From Betaproteobacteria bacterium (GTDB lineage: Bacteria; Pseudomonadota; Gammaproteobacteria; Burkholderiales; Thiobacillaceae): a DNA stretch of 64,000 nucleotides. The DNA lies in assembly GCA_020049415.1 (NCBI GenBank), contig JAIFKV010000129.1:8708-72707 (forward strand), read 5' to 3'. Below are positions 21,501-28,443 of this stretch, piece after piece; positions within the stretch are counted from its first letter, which is position 1; each line of letters starts with the position of its first letter. The position numbers and the translations under genes are program-made. A model generated the notes under the pieces. The model was not told where the DNA came from, ran no database searches, and saw nothing but the letters and a program-made list of their open reading frames with translations.

Positions 21501-24500
21501 GGAAGCCGCAACTGACGCAGCAACCGACGCAGAAACTGACGCCAACACCGGAGCCATCATCGGCGCCATATCCACCCAGTAACGCTGCTGCGCAAAAGGG
21601 TAGCCCGGCAGTGGCAGCCGTCGCAATGCGCGCTGTTGCGGATAAAGGGTGCGCCAATCCACGGCCAGCCCCCGCACCCATAGTTGCAGCAGACTGTCAT
21701 GCTTGCCACGAGCCGGCAGGCTGGCAACGGCGCGGCGCATTTCTTCGTCGCCATCGACAATGGCCAAGGTGTCCCGATGTGGTTTCACCTGACCGACATG
21801 AATACCGCCGATCGCGGCGTCTCGGCCCGCGGCATAGGCCAGCAGGCGTTGTTTCAACTGCGCATGATCGGCCGCCAGGAAGGCGATGCGGTGCTCCATC
21901 GCATCGCGCCCGACTTGCAATGTCCAGGCAATCTCGGACAGCGGCATCGCATCAGTGATGGCGTCGGCCAATTGACCGGCGGATGCAGCCAGTTGCTCAG
22001 GTGTCCTGGCCGACAGCAGGATCATCGACGGCCCGGCAGGCGGGGCTGACACATTCACTGCTGCTGGCAGGTACTCCTCGATCACCAGATGGGCATTGCT
22101 GCCACCAAAACCGAAACTGCTCACCCCGGCACGACGCGGCAATTCCCGCCCGGCCGCATCCCGGGGACGCGGCCAGGGGCGATTTTCCTGAACCACCTGG
22201 AAGCGACTACCGGCCAGTTTCAGATAGGGATTCAGCGTATCGCAATGCAGGGTGCGCACCAGACTGCCATGCGCCATCTGTAACAGCACCTTGGTCAGGC
22301 CGGCAGCCCCCGCCGCCATTTCCAGATGTCCGATATTGCCTTTTACCGAACCGATACCGCAGGGGATAGAGGGAATCGGTCCATAGCGGGCGGCGGCCTC
22401 TTCTTCCAGATCGGCAAAGGCCGCCACAAGCGCCTCCACCTCGATGGGATCGCCGATCGGCGTGCCGGTGCCATGCGCTTCGATATATCCGACGGTGCGC
22501 GGATCGATCCCCGCCCGACGCCAGGCGCGCCGGATCAGATCGGCCTGCGCCCGGGGATTGGGGGCGGTGAGAGAACTGGCATGACCGCCGTGATTTTCCA
22601 TGCTGGCGCGGATCACGCCGAGGATGTTGTCGCCGTCCTGTTCCGCCGCCGACAACCGCTTCAGCAACACCAGTCCCAGCCCCTCGCCGCGCGCATAGCC
22701 GTTGGCGGTGGCGGCAAAAGGCTTGCAGCGTCCATCCGGCGCCAACATCCCGGCCTTGCTGAAACCGACGAAGGCTTCCGGCAGCAGCAGAGCGTTGACG
22801 CCGCCGGCGATGGCGGCATCACAACTGCCGCTGTGTATTGCCTCAACGGCCCGATGAATCGCCACCAAGGCGCTGGAGCAGGCCGTCTCGATGGCCATGC
22901 TCGGCCCGTTCAAATTCAAGAAGAAGCTGATGCGGTTCGGGCCCAGCGAAGGGGCCAGACCGGTCATCGAATACCCCTCCACCCCACGCCCCGCAGCGGC
23001 GGCCAGACGACCGTAACCCGTATCGGCAATGCCGATAAAAACCCCCGTTCGCGATCCGGACAGGCTGCGCGGCGCGTGGCCGGCCCGTTCCAGCAAATGC
23101 CAGGCTTGCGTCAGCAACAGGCGCTGCTGGGGATCCATCGCCCGCGCTTCCGGGCCGGAAAGACCGAAGAAAGCCGGATCGAACTCCGCGAGTCCGTCGA
23201 TGAAACCGCCCCACTTCACCTGGGTTCGATTCGCTTGCGTCGCCGCATCGCCCCACCATTCACGCCAATCCCAGCGATCGGCCGGAATCTCGCTGATGCA
23301 GTCCCGACCAGCCTGCAGGTTCTCCCATAACTGTTCCGGGTCGCGAGCCATGGGAAAACGACCGCTGACGCTGACGATGACAATCGGATCGGTTTCCCCG
23401 TTCGAGGGTGTCTGTAGTGTCGAAACGAACTGTGGCAAAGCAGGTTCGTTCGCTGTCCGCAGCGGCGGAACCACCGGCAGCGCTGCCGCTGGTGGTGCAG
23501 TTGGAGTGACCGAAATGCCCAGGCTGGCAGCAATCGCCGCAGCGTGTTGCGCGGCGAGATGCTCCGCCAGCAACGCCAGGGTCGGGTATTCGAAAAACAA
23601 GGTGGGGGTGATTTCAAGGCCGAAACGCGCGTTGATCGCATTCGCAAACTGGGTGAAACCGATGGAATCGAAGCCATATTCGGCCAGTTCCACTTCGTTA
23701 TCCAGATCGCCCCGCTCCACCTTCAGGAGCGTGCTCACACTGTCCATCAGCACGCTCAGCAAAGGCCCGCGCAACAGATCAGCCTGCGCTGCAAAAACGG
23801 GCAAGGAAGCGATAACGGGGGTGCTGAGGGCAGCCACCTTACGGCGTAACCGCGGGCCATCGCCTGCCATCACCATCAGGCGGGACGAATCGCTGGCCAG
23901 CGCATACGCCAGCACATCCAGCCCGGCGTCGGTCGCCAGCGTCCCCATCCCGGTGGTCTGCCGCATCAGGCGTATGGTTTCTTCGGACATGCCCATGCCC
24001 CCCGCCTGCCACAGGGGCCAGGCAATGGACAGCGTGCGTCCATGGCACAACCCACGCCTGCGACGCGCTTCGCGGTCTAGCGCAAAGTTGTCGAGAAAAG
24101 CATTGGCGGCGGCGTAATCGACTTGTCCCGGATTGCCGAAAACACCGGAAATCGAGCTGAACAACACCAGGAAATCCAGCGTGCCATCGGCCAAGGCACG
24201 ATCCAGATTGCGTGTGCCATCCACCTTCGCCGCCAGCACCTGCGCCAACGCGGCGGCATCCTTCTGCACCAATGACTGGTCGCGGGCAACTCCGGCGCAT
24301 TGCAAGACCCCGTTCAGCCGTCCATGCAACTCGCGGACAGCGCGTATCAGGCTGGCTACTGCCGCAGCATCCGCCATATCGACCTGCCGATAGGACAGAC
24401 GATTGCCGGCGGCCTGAAGGTCAGCCAGCCAGTCGGCCCGAGCGCCATCCAGCGCCGAACGACCCGCGAGGACCAGCGTTGCCCCGGGAGCATGAGCAAA

Positions 24501-27500
24501 GATATCGTGTGTCAGCAGACGACCGATGCCGCCGGCGCCGCCGGTAATCAGATAGACCCCATCGGCGCGCCAGGGCCGGGGTGGAGGCGCGGTGTTCCTG
24601 GTTAGCTCACGCCAAATCGGTTGGCGCAGATGGCCGGCTTGTTGGCGTAATTCCGCCACATGGAACAAGGCAGCGGCCGATGACAGGGTAGCCGCTGCAT
24701 CGGCAGCGGCATCAACTTGAATCACCTGCCCCCACAGCCAGGGATGTTCGAGATGGGCGGTCTTCAACATACCCGACAACCCAGCCCATGCCGACGTGGA
24801 TGCTTCCTCCAGCAGGAGTTGCAGCTGCACGGCAACCGCCGGTCGAGGCGCTTCGGCCACCAGGGTTTGCAGCAGGGACAGCAATTGTTCTGCGGCCTCG
24901 TCAAAGCCGACGGTCTGCTCATCGACCGAAGGTGCAAGCCGCCTGACCTCGCATCCCGGCAAGGCGCGCGCCAGTGCATCGCTGCGCCGAGTATCCGCGC
25001 TGCCCAGCAGGACGATCCGACGGGCGAAGAATGGGGGAGTCGCCACCGCCGCGGATGCATCCTCCCAATCGGCGGCAAAGACCAGGGTGTCCTGCCCGGC
25101 AGCCTGCTCTGGCGCCGCTGCCAGCAGGCGGGTACTGAAACCACGCAGGCCGACGCGTAGCGTTCCATGCTCGTCGAGCAGATCGATATCCAGCGAACGC
25201 ACGGAACCGTCTGCCGAGGTGCTGGCATGACGCACATGCACCCACATCCGGGCTGTACACGGCCCGAAAACATCGACCCGATCGAGGGCGAAGGGCAACG
25301 CCGTGCGCTGGGCGGCGGCAGAGGTCATCGTCATGCCAAGGGTGGCCTGGAATGCCCCGTCAAGCAGGCTGGGATGGAGCGCAAAAGCGGACAGGCCGGC
25401 AGTGAAACCGGCCGCCGCCAGAGCCTCTGGAAGGCTCAGCTCGGCAAGCACCTGCGGCTGCCCCTGGGCATCCTGTCCCAGATACAACGCAGACAAGGCG
25501 CGGTGGCCCGGGCCATATTCAATACCGATTGAATCGAAAGACCGATAGACCTCCGCTGCCGATACCTGCCTGGAATGGGCGGCAAGCAGATCAGACAGCA
25601 CCACTGACGAGGGCGCACTCAGGGGTTCGCGTGGCGCAAGACGGGCCTGGGCATGCACCTGCCGCCCAGCGTCCGCGCCGAGACTGGCGATTTCCACCCT
25701 GGGCCAGCCGCTGGCATCATCTTGCAGCGTGATTTCCAGTGTCAGCGGGGCCTCTACCTGGAGAGGTTTTTGCCAGATCATCTGGCGAATACAGAAATTC
25801 TGCAGGCCCTTGGCCGCAGCGACCTGCCAGACCAGTTCCAGGTAGGCTACCCCAGGCAATACCGGAACGCCCCGCACCCGATGGTCGGCCAGGAAAAATT
25901 CTTGCCCGGAAAGCGCCAGGGTAAATCTGCTGCCGTCGGCGTTGGCGACCGGCTGCAGCCCCAGCCGCGTTGGTGGGCTAGCCATGGTAGCAACCGAACT
26001 GGCGGCAGGGCCGGACGGCAACCAGTAGCGTTTGTGCTGAAAGACGTATCCGGGCAACACCATTCGCCGCGGCTGCCGCCCATGCCAGAACGTCATCCAG
26101 TCGACATCGGCGCCTTCGACCCAACGGGCCGCCAGCACGCTCGCCGATTGTGTGGCGGGGTCAAGGATTGCCGACGGCGAGGCATTGCCGCGCGGAACCT
26201 GGGCGTAGAAGACGCTACCCGGATCACCGCGCAGCCAGCCGGCCAGAGCATCGACCAACTGGCGAGCATCTGCCGCCGGGCAGGCCAGTCGACAACGCAT
26301 GGCATCCCGTCCGGTTTGCAGGGTGAACACCAGGCGGGAAAATTCCTCGGCGCCAACTGGCTCATGCCGCACCAGCCAGGACATCAGCGACTCGACCGCA
26401 GCCCGAAGCGTGGTTTCATTTCGCGCTGATAGCGGCACCACCACAGGCCCCGCCAACACCGGCCCCTGGACTGCGTGCGCCCGGTATTCCTCGACCACCA
26501 GGTGCGCATTGGCGCCGCCGGCGCCAAACGAACTGATGCCGGCCCGGCGGGGAAACTCTTTACCATCGATCACCGGGCGCAGCCAGGGACGCGCCGCCGT
26601 CAACAACGAAAACGGCGTCCGCTCCAGCTCGATCAGCGGATTGGATTGGGCGCAGTGCAGGCTCTGGTAGCAAATACCGTCCTCCAAGGCCAGTACCAGC
26701 TTGATCAGACCCGCCACCCCCGCTGCGGTCTCGGCATGACCGATATTCGATTTAACCGAACCCAGCCCGCAGTGTGGAACAGCAGGCGCTATCAGTCCGC
26801 GCGCCCGGTACAGTTCGTCGAAGGCCCGCTTCAGCCCTTCGACTTCGATGGGGTCACCGAGAGCGGTACCGGTACCATGGCACTCGACCAGCGTCACGCT
26901 GCGCGGATCGATGTCCGCCTGGCGATGCGCTTCGACGATCAGGCGCGCCTGGGCGCGTGAATTGGGCGCCGTCAGGGAACTGGCGGTACCGCCGTGGTTT
27001 TCAGCCGAGCCACGAATCACCGCCAGAATGTTGTCGCCATCCCGCTCGGCCAGATCGAGTCGCTTCAGCAACACCGCGCCCACCCCTTCGGCTCGCACAT
27101 AGCCGTTGGCGTTGGCAGCAAACGTCTTGCAGCGGCCATCATGGCTCAACATGCCGACTTTGGAGAACATGATGTGCTGGGTCGGCGTCAGCAACAGGTT
27201 GGAACCGCCAGCGATAGCCATCTCGCAGCCTTCGTGGCGGATGCTCATGATGGCGCGATGAACCGCCACCAGCGAGCTGGAACAGGCCGTGTCGATGACC
27301 TCGCTCGGGCCATGCACATCCAGCATGAAGGACAGCCGGTTGGGGCAGAACGCATGTCCCAGACCGGTCAACTGCATCGCTTCCATGCCGCCTTGCCGGT
27401 TGGCCAGATCCACATAGTCCAACAAGTTGATGCCGAGAAAGATGCTCACCTTGCGGCCGGACAAGGCGCTCGGGGCATATCCGGCGTTTTCGATCAACTG

Positions 27501-28424
27501 CCAGGCGCATTCGATGAACAACCGATGCTGGGGGTCCATCAGCTCGGCTTCCTTCGGCGAAATATTGAAGAACGCCGCATCGAACTGGTCGTGGCCGGTG
27601 ATGAAGCCGCCGTACTTCACATCGCAGAACGCACCCTGTTTCGGATCTCCCCAAACAGACCGCCAATCCCAGCGGTCAGCAGGAATTTCCTGGATACAGT
27701 CGTCACCCTGCCGCAGATGGGCACGGAAAGCCTCCAGGTCGGGGCTGCCCGGAAATTTCCCGGCCATTGCGATGATGGCGATGGGGGCTGCCGGCACTGC
27801 GTGAGGCAACCCGGATTGCCCCCCGTCATCGGCCGCCACAGGCGTCAGCGCGGGTGCGGCGGAACGATGTACGCCGTGACGAGACAGCCAGGCGTCAATC
27901 GCGGCTAATGCAGCGGGCGGCGGAGAAGCCGCTGGCGGCGTCACCGTTGCAACCGGCTTCGGCGCTGCGGCTGGCGGCAGGCTCGCGGGCGCGGCAGCGT
28001 AATGACGGTCAACCGCCGGACCAAAGCGGGCCCGCAGGATGGCGCAGAGTTCGTGCAGGTTCCTGGCTTCAAAGAAAGTCGTCGGCGCGATGGAAACTCC
28101 AAGAAATCGGGAGATCTGCGCCATCAGTTCGGTGATGGCGATGGAATCGACACCGTAGTTGGCCAGATTCTCCCGCGCATCGAATCGCTCCGCCGGTACG
28201 CCGAGAGCGGCCAGTGCCAGGCGCATCACATCGGCCTGCAGACGCTGGTCGGCGGGTGCCGGTTCGGTGGCTGCCGCGGGCCCGGATATGCCGGGGCCTG
28301 CCGCCGCAGTCTTTGTCGCCTTGGCGGTCGCCCGTTGCACTGCGGACAGGGTCAACAACTCCTGCTCGATCAGGCTGCGCATACCCTCGCGCAACCCCTG
28401 TTTCTCCTTGCCATTGGTGCCCAT
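8556..28424 (-). CDS. Trans-AT PKS / NRPS hybrid megasynthase (6622 aa from the preferred start)
   Basis: Domain order read from motifs: ACP (YGVDSIA) / KS-DH(LADHRVRGVPVLPG)-KR(YLITGGAGGIG)-ACP / KS-ACP / KS-DH(LRDHRVRGARLLPG)-ACP / KS-KR(YLISGGGGGIG)-ACP / KS0-ACP / C(HHIVFDG)-A(YTSGSTGRPKG, NAYGPTE, GGKLDR)-PCP(GGHSLL)-TE(GWSMGG). KS Cys codons lie near 27283, 22879, 20560, 17545 and 14011. There is no in-line AT. Preferred start is ATG 28424 (MGTNGKEK) with a GGGAG RBS, 20 nt after the monooxygenase stop. The listed ORF start at 28628 would overlap that gene by about 185 nt. Confidence 0.95.
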   Translation of the reverse strand: MGTNGKEKQGLREGMRSLIEQELLTLSAVQRATAKATKTAAAGPGISGPAAATEPAPADQRLQADVMRLALAALGVPAERFDARENLANYGVDSIAITELMAQISRFLGVSIAPTTFFEARNLHELCAILRARFGPAVDRHYAAAPASLPPAAAPKPVATVTPPAASPPPAALAAIDAWLSRHGVHRSAAPALTPVAADDGGQSGLPHAVPAAPIAIIAMAGKFPGSPDLEAFRAHLRQGDDCIQEIPADRWDWRSVWGDPKQGAFCDVKYGGFITGHDQFDAAFFNISPKEAELMDPQHRLFIECAWQLIENAGYAPSALSGRKVSIFLGINLLDYVDLANRQGGMEAMQLTGLGHAFCPNRLSFMLDVHGPSEVIDTACSSSLVAVHRAIMSIRHEGCEMAIAGGSNLLLTPTQHIMFSKVGMLSHDGRCKTFAANANGYVRAEGVGAVLLKRLDLAERDGDNILAVIRGSAENHGGTASSLTAPNSRAQARLIVEAHRQADIDPRSVTLVECHGTGTALGDPIEVEGLKRAFDELYRARGLIAPAVPHCGLGSVKSNIGHAETAAGVAGLIKLVLALEDGICYQSLHCAQSNPLIELERTPFSLLTAARPWLRPVIDGKEFPRRAGISSFGAGGANAHLVVEEYRAHAVQGPVLAGPVVVPLSARNETTLRAAVESLMSWLVRHEPVGAEEFSRLVFTLQTGRDAMRCRLACPAADARQLVDALAGWLRGDPGSVFYAQVPRGNASPSAILDPATQSASVLAARWVEGADVDWMTFWHGRQPRRMVLPGYVFQHKRYWLPSGPAASSVATMASPPTRLGLQPVANADGSRFTLALSGQEFFLADHRVRGVPVLPGVAYLELVWQVAAAKGLQNFCIRQMIWQKPLQVEAPLTLEITLQDDASGWPRVEIASLGADAGRQVHAQARLAPREPLSAPSSVVLSDLLAAHSRQVSAAEVYRSFDSIGIEYGPGHRALSALYLGQDAQGQPQVLAELSLPEALAAAGFTAGLSAFALHPSLLDGAFQATLGMTMTSAAAQRTALPFALDRVDVFGPCTARMWVHVRHASTSADGSVRSLDIDLLDEHGTLRVGLRGFSTRLLAAAPEQAAGQDTLVFAADWEDASAAVATPPFFARRIVLLGSADTRRSDALARALPGCEVRRLAPSVDEQTVGFDEAAEQLLSLLQTLVAEAPRPAVAVQLQLLLEEASTSAWAGLSGMLKTAHLEHPWLWGQVIQVDAAADAAATLSSAAALFHVAELRQQAGHLRQPIWRELTRNTAPPPRPWRADGVYLITGGAGGIGRLLTHDIFAHAPGATLVLAGRSALDGARADWLADLQAAGNRLSYRQVDMADAAAVASLIRAVRELHGRLNGVLQCAGVARDQSLVQKDAAALAQVLAAKVDGTRNLDRALADGTLDFLVLFSSISGVFGNPGQVDYAAANAFLDNFALDREARRRRGLCHGRTLSIAWPLWQAGGMGMSEETIRLMRQTTGMGTLATDAGLDVLAYALASDSSRLMVMAGDGPRLRRKVAALSTPVIASLPVFAAQADLLRGPLLSVLMDSVSTLLKVERGDLDNEVELAEYGFDSIGFTQFANAINARFGLEITPTLFFEYPTLALLAEHLAAQHAAAIAASLGISVTPTAPPAAALPVVPPLRTANEPALPQFVSTLQTPSNGETDPIVIVSVSGRFPMARDPEQLWENLQAGRDCISEIPADRWDWREWWGDAATQANRTQVKWGGFIDGLAEFDPAFFGLSGPEARAMDPQQRLLLTQAWHLLERAGHAPRSLSGSRTGVFIGIADTGYGRLAAAAGRGVEGYSMTGLAPSLGPNRISFFLNLNGPSMAIETACSSALVAIHRAVEAIHSGSCDAAIAGGVNALLLPEAFVGFSKAGMLAPDGRCKPFAATANGYARGEGLGLVLLKRLSAAEQDGDNILGVIRASMENHGGHASSLTAPNPRAQADLIRRAWRRAGIDPRTVGYIEAHGTGTPIGDPIEVEALVAAFADLEEEAAARYGPIPSIPCGIGSVKGNIGHLEMAAGAAGLTKVLLQMAHGSLVRTLHCDTLNPYLKLAGSRFQVVQENRPWPRPRDAAGRELPRRAGVSSFGFGGSNAHLVIEEYLPAAVNVSAPPAGPSMILLSARTPEQLAASAGQLADAITDAMPLSEIAWTLQVGRDAMEHRIAFLAADHAQLKQRLLAYAAGRDAAIGGIHVGQVKPHRDTLAIVDGDEEMRRAVASLPARGKHDSLLQLWVRGLAVDWRTLYPQQRALRRLPLPGYPFAQQRYWVDMAPMMAPVLASVSASVAASVAASPMVTQSEIHPASAELPVSQPVPDESVQASPVEGKSRALAALVQIAARVLEVDPGVLEPDTELGEYGFDSITMTGFATKTNEALGLSLTPADFFEFATLGRLAAHIADAPVFSARAASAEAVIEPAAPASRPYAAPAAVAEADQDDPIAIVGVSCRFPMAADLGDFWQNLIDGRDCISEIPADRWDWREVYGDPKREPTKTNIRWAGFIDGVFEFDPLFFGISPREAKLMDPQQRLLMMHVWKALEDAGHAPRSLAGRAVGLFVATSSSGYREVIGTDSGGEGYVATGAVPSVGPNRVSYFLDWHGPSEPVETACSSSLVALHRALQAMRSGDCEMAVVGGVNTIMTPEAHINFAKAGMLSPDGRCRTFSAQANGYARGEGIGMIVLRRLSDARRDGDPIYALVRGSAVNHGGRANSLTAPNTAAQSEVLKAACRRAGVEAGSISYIEAHGTGTPLGDPVEINALKSAYRDLGVVAGPAVSCGIGSVKTHIGHLELAAGMAGIIKVLLQMRHATLVRNLHGEEVNPYIDLSGSPFFIVDKNQPWVATRDATGALLPRRAGISSFGFGGVNAHVVLEAYPQSLPDPTASGQPVIVPLSARDEARLRDQVDQLLNVLDGQRYQQEDLPDLAWTLQVGREAMKYRLAVVVTQLSQLAAELRAWRVGQDNSVRNGCVVAGQPPAVGSLMDMADQWVRGAEVNWATLRQGARRRLNLPTYPFARESYRVGPAVSSSASLPAESGLPCAMHLIADGVALCTLDAEAFYLRDHRVRGARLLPGAMSVELARLAHALSRGASGEAVTLVQVVWLQPLTAGAAPLLCRIELAPESPGNEGRQQFQLRAGSAPGGAVHVKGLIGPLVVGPQPLPSLDLKVLRLRCTRAFSADWLYQRYGALGLDYGPSFRVVTDLQVGQDEFLARLELPPAAVATSANMVFGIHPVLLDGAFQACLGLFAEAAGAGQAALPFVLETLHFHRSMPATLWVHGRLVPGGGAVRRIDLDIGDDAGQICIQVRGFSVRLQAHRVDPAAQSVAATTETVAAGMQRYLSGLVAAEASLAVSDIDPTAALEAYGIDSIMITRLTDQLELDFGTLPRTLFFDHQTLHALAAYFLQNHPQAVARITGGGTAASGAVAQVAPPPQNSQPEKTTGDIAIIGLAGRYPGASNLQTFWANLAAGRDSISEVPASRWDHSAYYDPIRGAPGKTNSKWGGFIDDYDCFDPQFFNIAPREAAYLDPQERLFLQCAWETLEDAGYTRAALSPAQAPLTGANVGVFVGVMYEEYQLYGAESTQRGEPLALAGSAASIANRVSYFCNFHGPSLAVDSMCSSSLTAIHLACESLRAGSCEAALAGGVNLTLHPNKYLALAQGRFTSSKGRCESFGEGGDGYVPGEGVGAVLLKPLAQAEADGDRIYAVIRGSALNHGGKTNGYAVPNPHAQEAVIVRAMARANVNPAQVSYIEAHGTGTRLGDPIEIAALSRAFGGETGGMACAIGSVKSNIGHAESAAGIAGLTKLLLQLQHGQLVPSLHSERLNPHIDFAATPFVVQRSLQPWPPSRENAGGKVRPRIAGLSSFGAGGANAHLVIEEYFPAPVRPETVFTVALPGVFPFSARDPLQLREALARMRQALDTLDETALPAVAAGLQLGREAFEVRVVVVAVDRQGLLDGLDALLSASAGPEGVQGRGKNQASPWVNQLAAQWAEGKTVDWHRLWVERRLPVKISLPTYPFARQHYWVPSQTAATGASTTQLARVAHLSSPSKPPPLLFAPDWRLSPALPTMSAVARIWVVLCEPDHYAARTRRRQDGGAGSEGELIGEIVASALAPVELRILDHRGAAEESPIHQRYTAYAEELLGMIQALLRDRPTSALIQVVVPLAGEARLFEGFSGLLRTAQLEHPTLRFQLIALADEVTNLADLLRLEQASADAQVRYQGGQRQVRAWRELLLPRDSQQESLWRDDGVYLISGGGGGIGLLLAEEIALRTRNSLLCLVGRSAPGQVLQDRLARISAQTIYRQADIGQEGAAERLVEELLQHRGRIDGIVHAAGITRDKLIVRKPREELGEVLAPKVAGLYYLDRASAACNLDFVLLFASASGALGNPGQADYACANAWLDSFAEYRNQLLAQGQRHGATLAIDWPYWQEGGMRMDAGLIQSMVAATGVQPLTTEQGLRALNLAWRTREAGQVLVLDGEPERIRRLLGLLAQEGPPDPQPGAPDDRKTPDNLRQKTIAWLTDRLADVLGMPPSDIGPEQVVDRYGVDSVLAMQMIEMLERDLGSLPQTLLFEYPSMAALATALLASHGPVLTTLLADKDPAPVVLAASRMDKAVVVASPSPAVVDDIAVIAVAGRYPGAETIEEFWALLQAGRDCVTEIPAARWDSDQFYSPRKGQPHSSYCKWGGFLEDVDCFDPGFFGLSPRDAILMDPQERLFLQTIWHLLERGGHTRELLRQRYASRVGVYVGAMYQPYHGVDTDEDSRTLVALSSNASMANRVSFFFDLQGPSVAVDTLCSSGLQAVHLAVQSLRRGECDLAIAGGVNLTLSAGKYVGLSRAGMLGSHADSRSFMAGDGYLPAEGVGAVLLKPLADALRDGDPIIALIKASAANHGGHSAGYGVPNGEVQTRLIADNFRQAGIDPHSVGYVEAAANGSALGDAIEFRALTRAFQQFTAEEGFCAIGSVKSNMGHAESASGLAQLTKVLLQLEHKQLVPGVSAGPLSPHLQFAGTPFRLQRTLADWDRTGEDTPRRATVSSFGAGGSNVHLILEEAPMLPVIAGDERRQARRFFFSARDAQRLTDLLGLMRDYLLRYPGLSMARLAATLQYRREPMACACTIVAMDQEDLIARLADGIPADDETTADVAAADPTLPPLLLPGYPFAREHYWLPNPAPPFAPAAETKVEAEVRQAVLAETEILSLILELLATELVLDRAGLAEATSFRALGADSMVGLRLIFRIAEATGVELGHGDLEHYPTPAVLAAYVAERIAETPQTESRRWQNSEQTSAPADPLLTVFPLSEGQQGLWRWQQLYPDSSAYNLPLAFRVAGIDLPALAQTCDAVLSAWPLLGCRIVARNETEFEWQSQAVTDQVTLLSVAAGAPIEVMLRERARIPFDLLATAPIRFELLREAREGQDVLLILLHHIVFDGLSAAHFSHYFWQVYAHLVAGKPLPPPPPAASFAEFVGWERDYLKSAAGQADLAYWQEQLADEPTSLALPQDRRPVAGQPLVGNSLERSLPPDLVTASRACAQKLGIDLSAFFLGALHVLLYRYSGQQDILIGMPVLGRPERRFEQAVGYFVNLLPMRNAVRGELAAGEFLRAIQKRLTAGLDHAAWPFALLAARADTRIPVQIIYSWQNFLTPQDLSGIAGIPVNHLAGVRQEGDVPLALEFYAEGEELRLVAAFDQGRFDPETIERLVDHYLCLVASICADTDAAIGSLDMLSATERQHLLLDWSGVRASPSLDEASVEVRIARQAMLTPDAAALVVGDQRLSYRQLQERVDQLAACLRQWGVCPGQPVAVLLKRGAGSIVALLATLKTGAIWVPLDADYPDQRLAYILADAAPALVVAEASTRGRLPVGDVPVLLIDRPRGASECLIGNPSPVIEPDTPAYLIYTSGSTGRPKGVAVSRRALAVHCAAVMAHYRLSDDDRVLQFASHHVDAALEQILPTLASGACLVMRENEVWLPAALAELLTREGVSVADLPPAYLREVLQAWAREPVILSCPRLLIVGGEVLTPELVRLWQASPLAGARFLNAYGPTEATITATVHEIHGDDLMRPSLAIGRPLAGGWVYILDRDGNPVPEGVVGELVIGGPRVALGYWGHPDLAAECFRPDFNTDAAGGRIYHSGDLASFIPGSNGLIAFHGRRDHQIKIRGFRIELEEIEAVLRSAGAENVLVIALPRPGGDPGLVAYVATEGQSFGDEAGLRRFVAERLPAAMRPAVYVFLDRLPSTPGGKLDRQALSQSVGGALGLPRLPGKDSIGSYRPASAECSPAADEVEAKLAAIWCELLGISAVSAADDFFMCGGHSLLVLRLLGSIRQVFGRKLSMSALQSAPTLGQQAGLLRGQDSAAQPSPLVLLNGGGGKASPLFCPHPVGGGVDCYRALATFFEGKRPVYGLQSFALEQGGASPESVSDMAAALLAALRTIQPHGPYHLAGWSMGGVLAYEMAQQLTHAGERVALLALLDSYTPALLAKLEAAQSSIYEDALAREQRAFDYDMGELAAAGITVAPQQAALLFEIFQVNLHALQSYVPAPYHGPMHLLVCALPDVVENGVADETRGERYRGWGSLARSGLSVIDLPGDHYSILRMPNVVQVAERLEKCLGDGSTFAK
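13243..14516 (-). other. Non-elongating ketosynthase (KS0) immediately upstream of the NRPS module (approximate bounds)
   Basis: The active-site Cys is present (DTLCSSG, about 14011). The HGTGT motif is replaced by VEAAANGSALGD (13575-13620). The second His motif is retained (SNMGHAESASG). Confidence 0.75.
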
Positions 28425-28443
28425 GCGCCTGCTCCCTTGCCGC

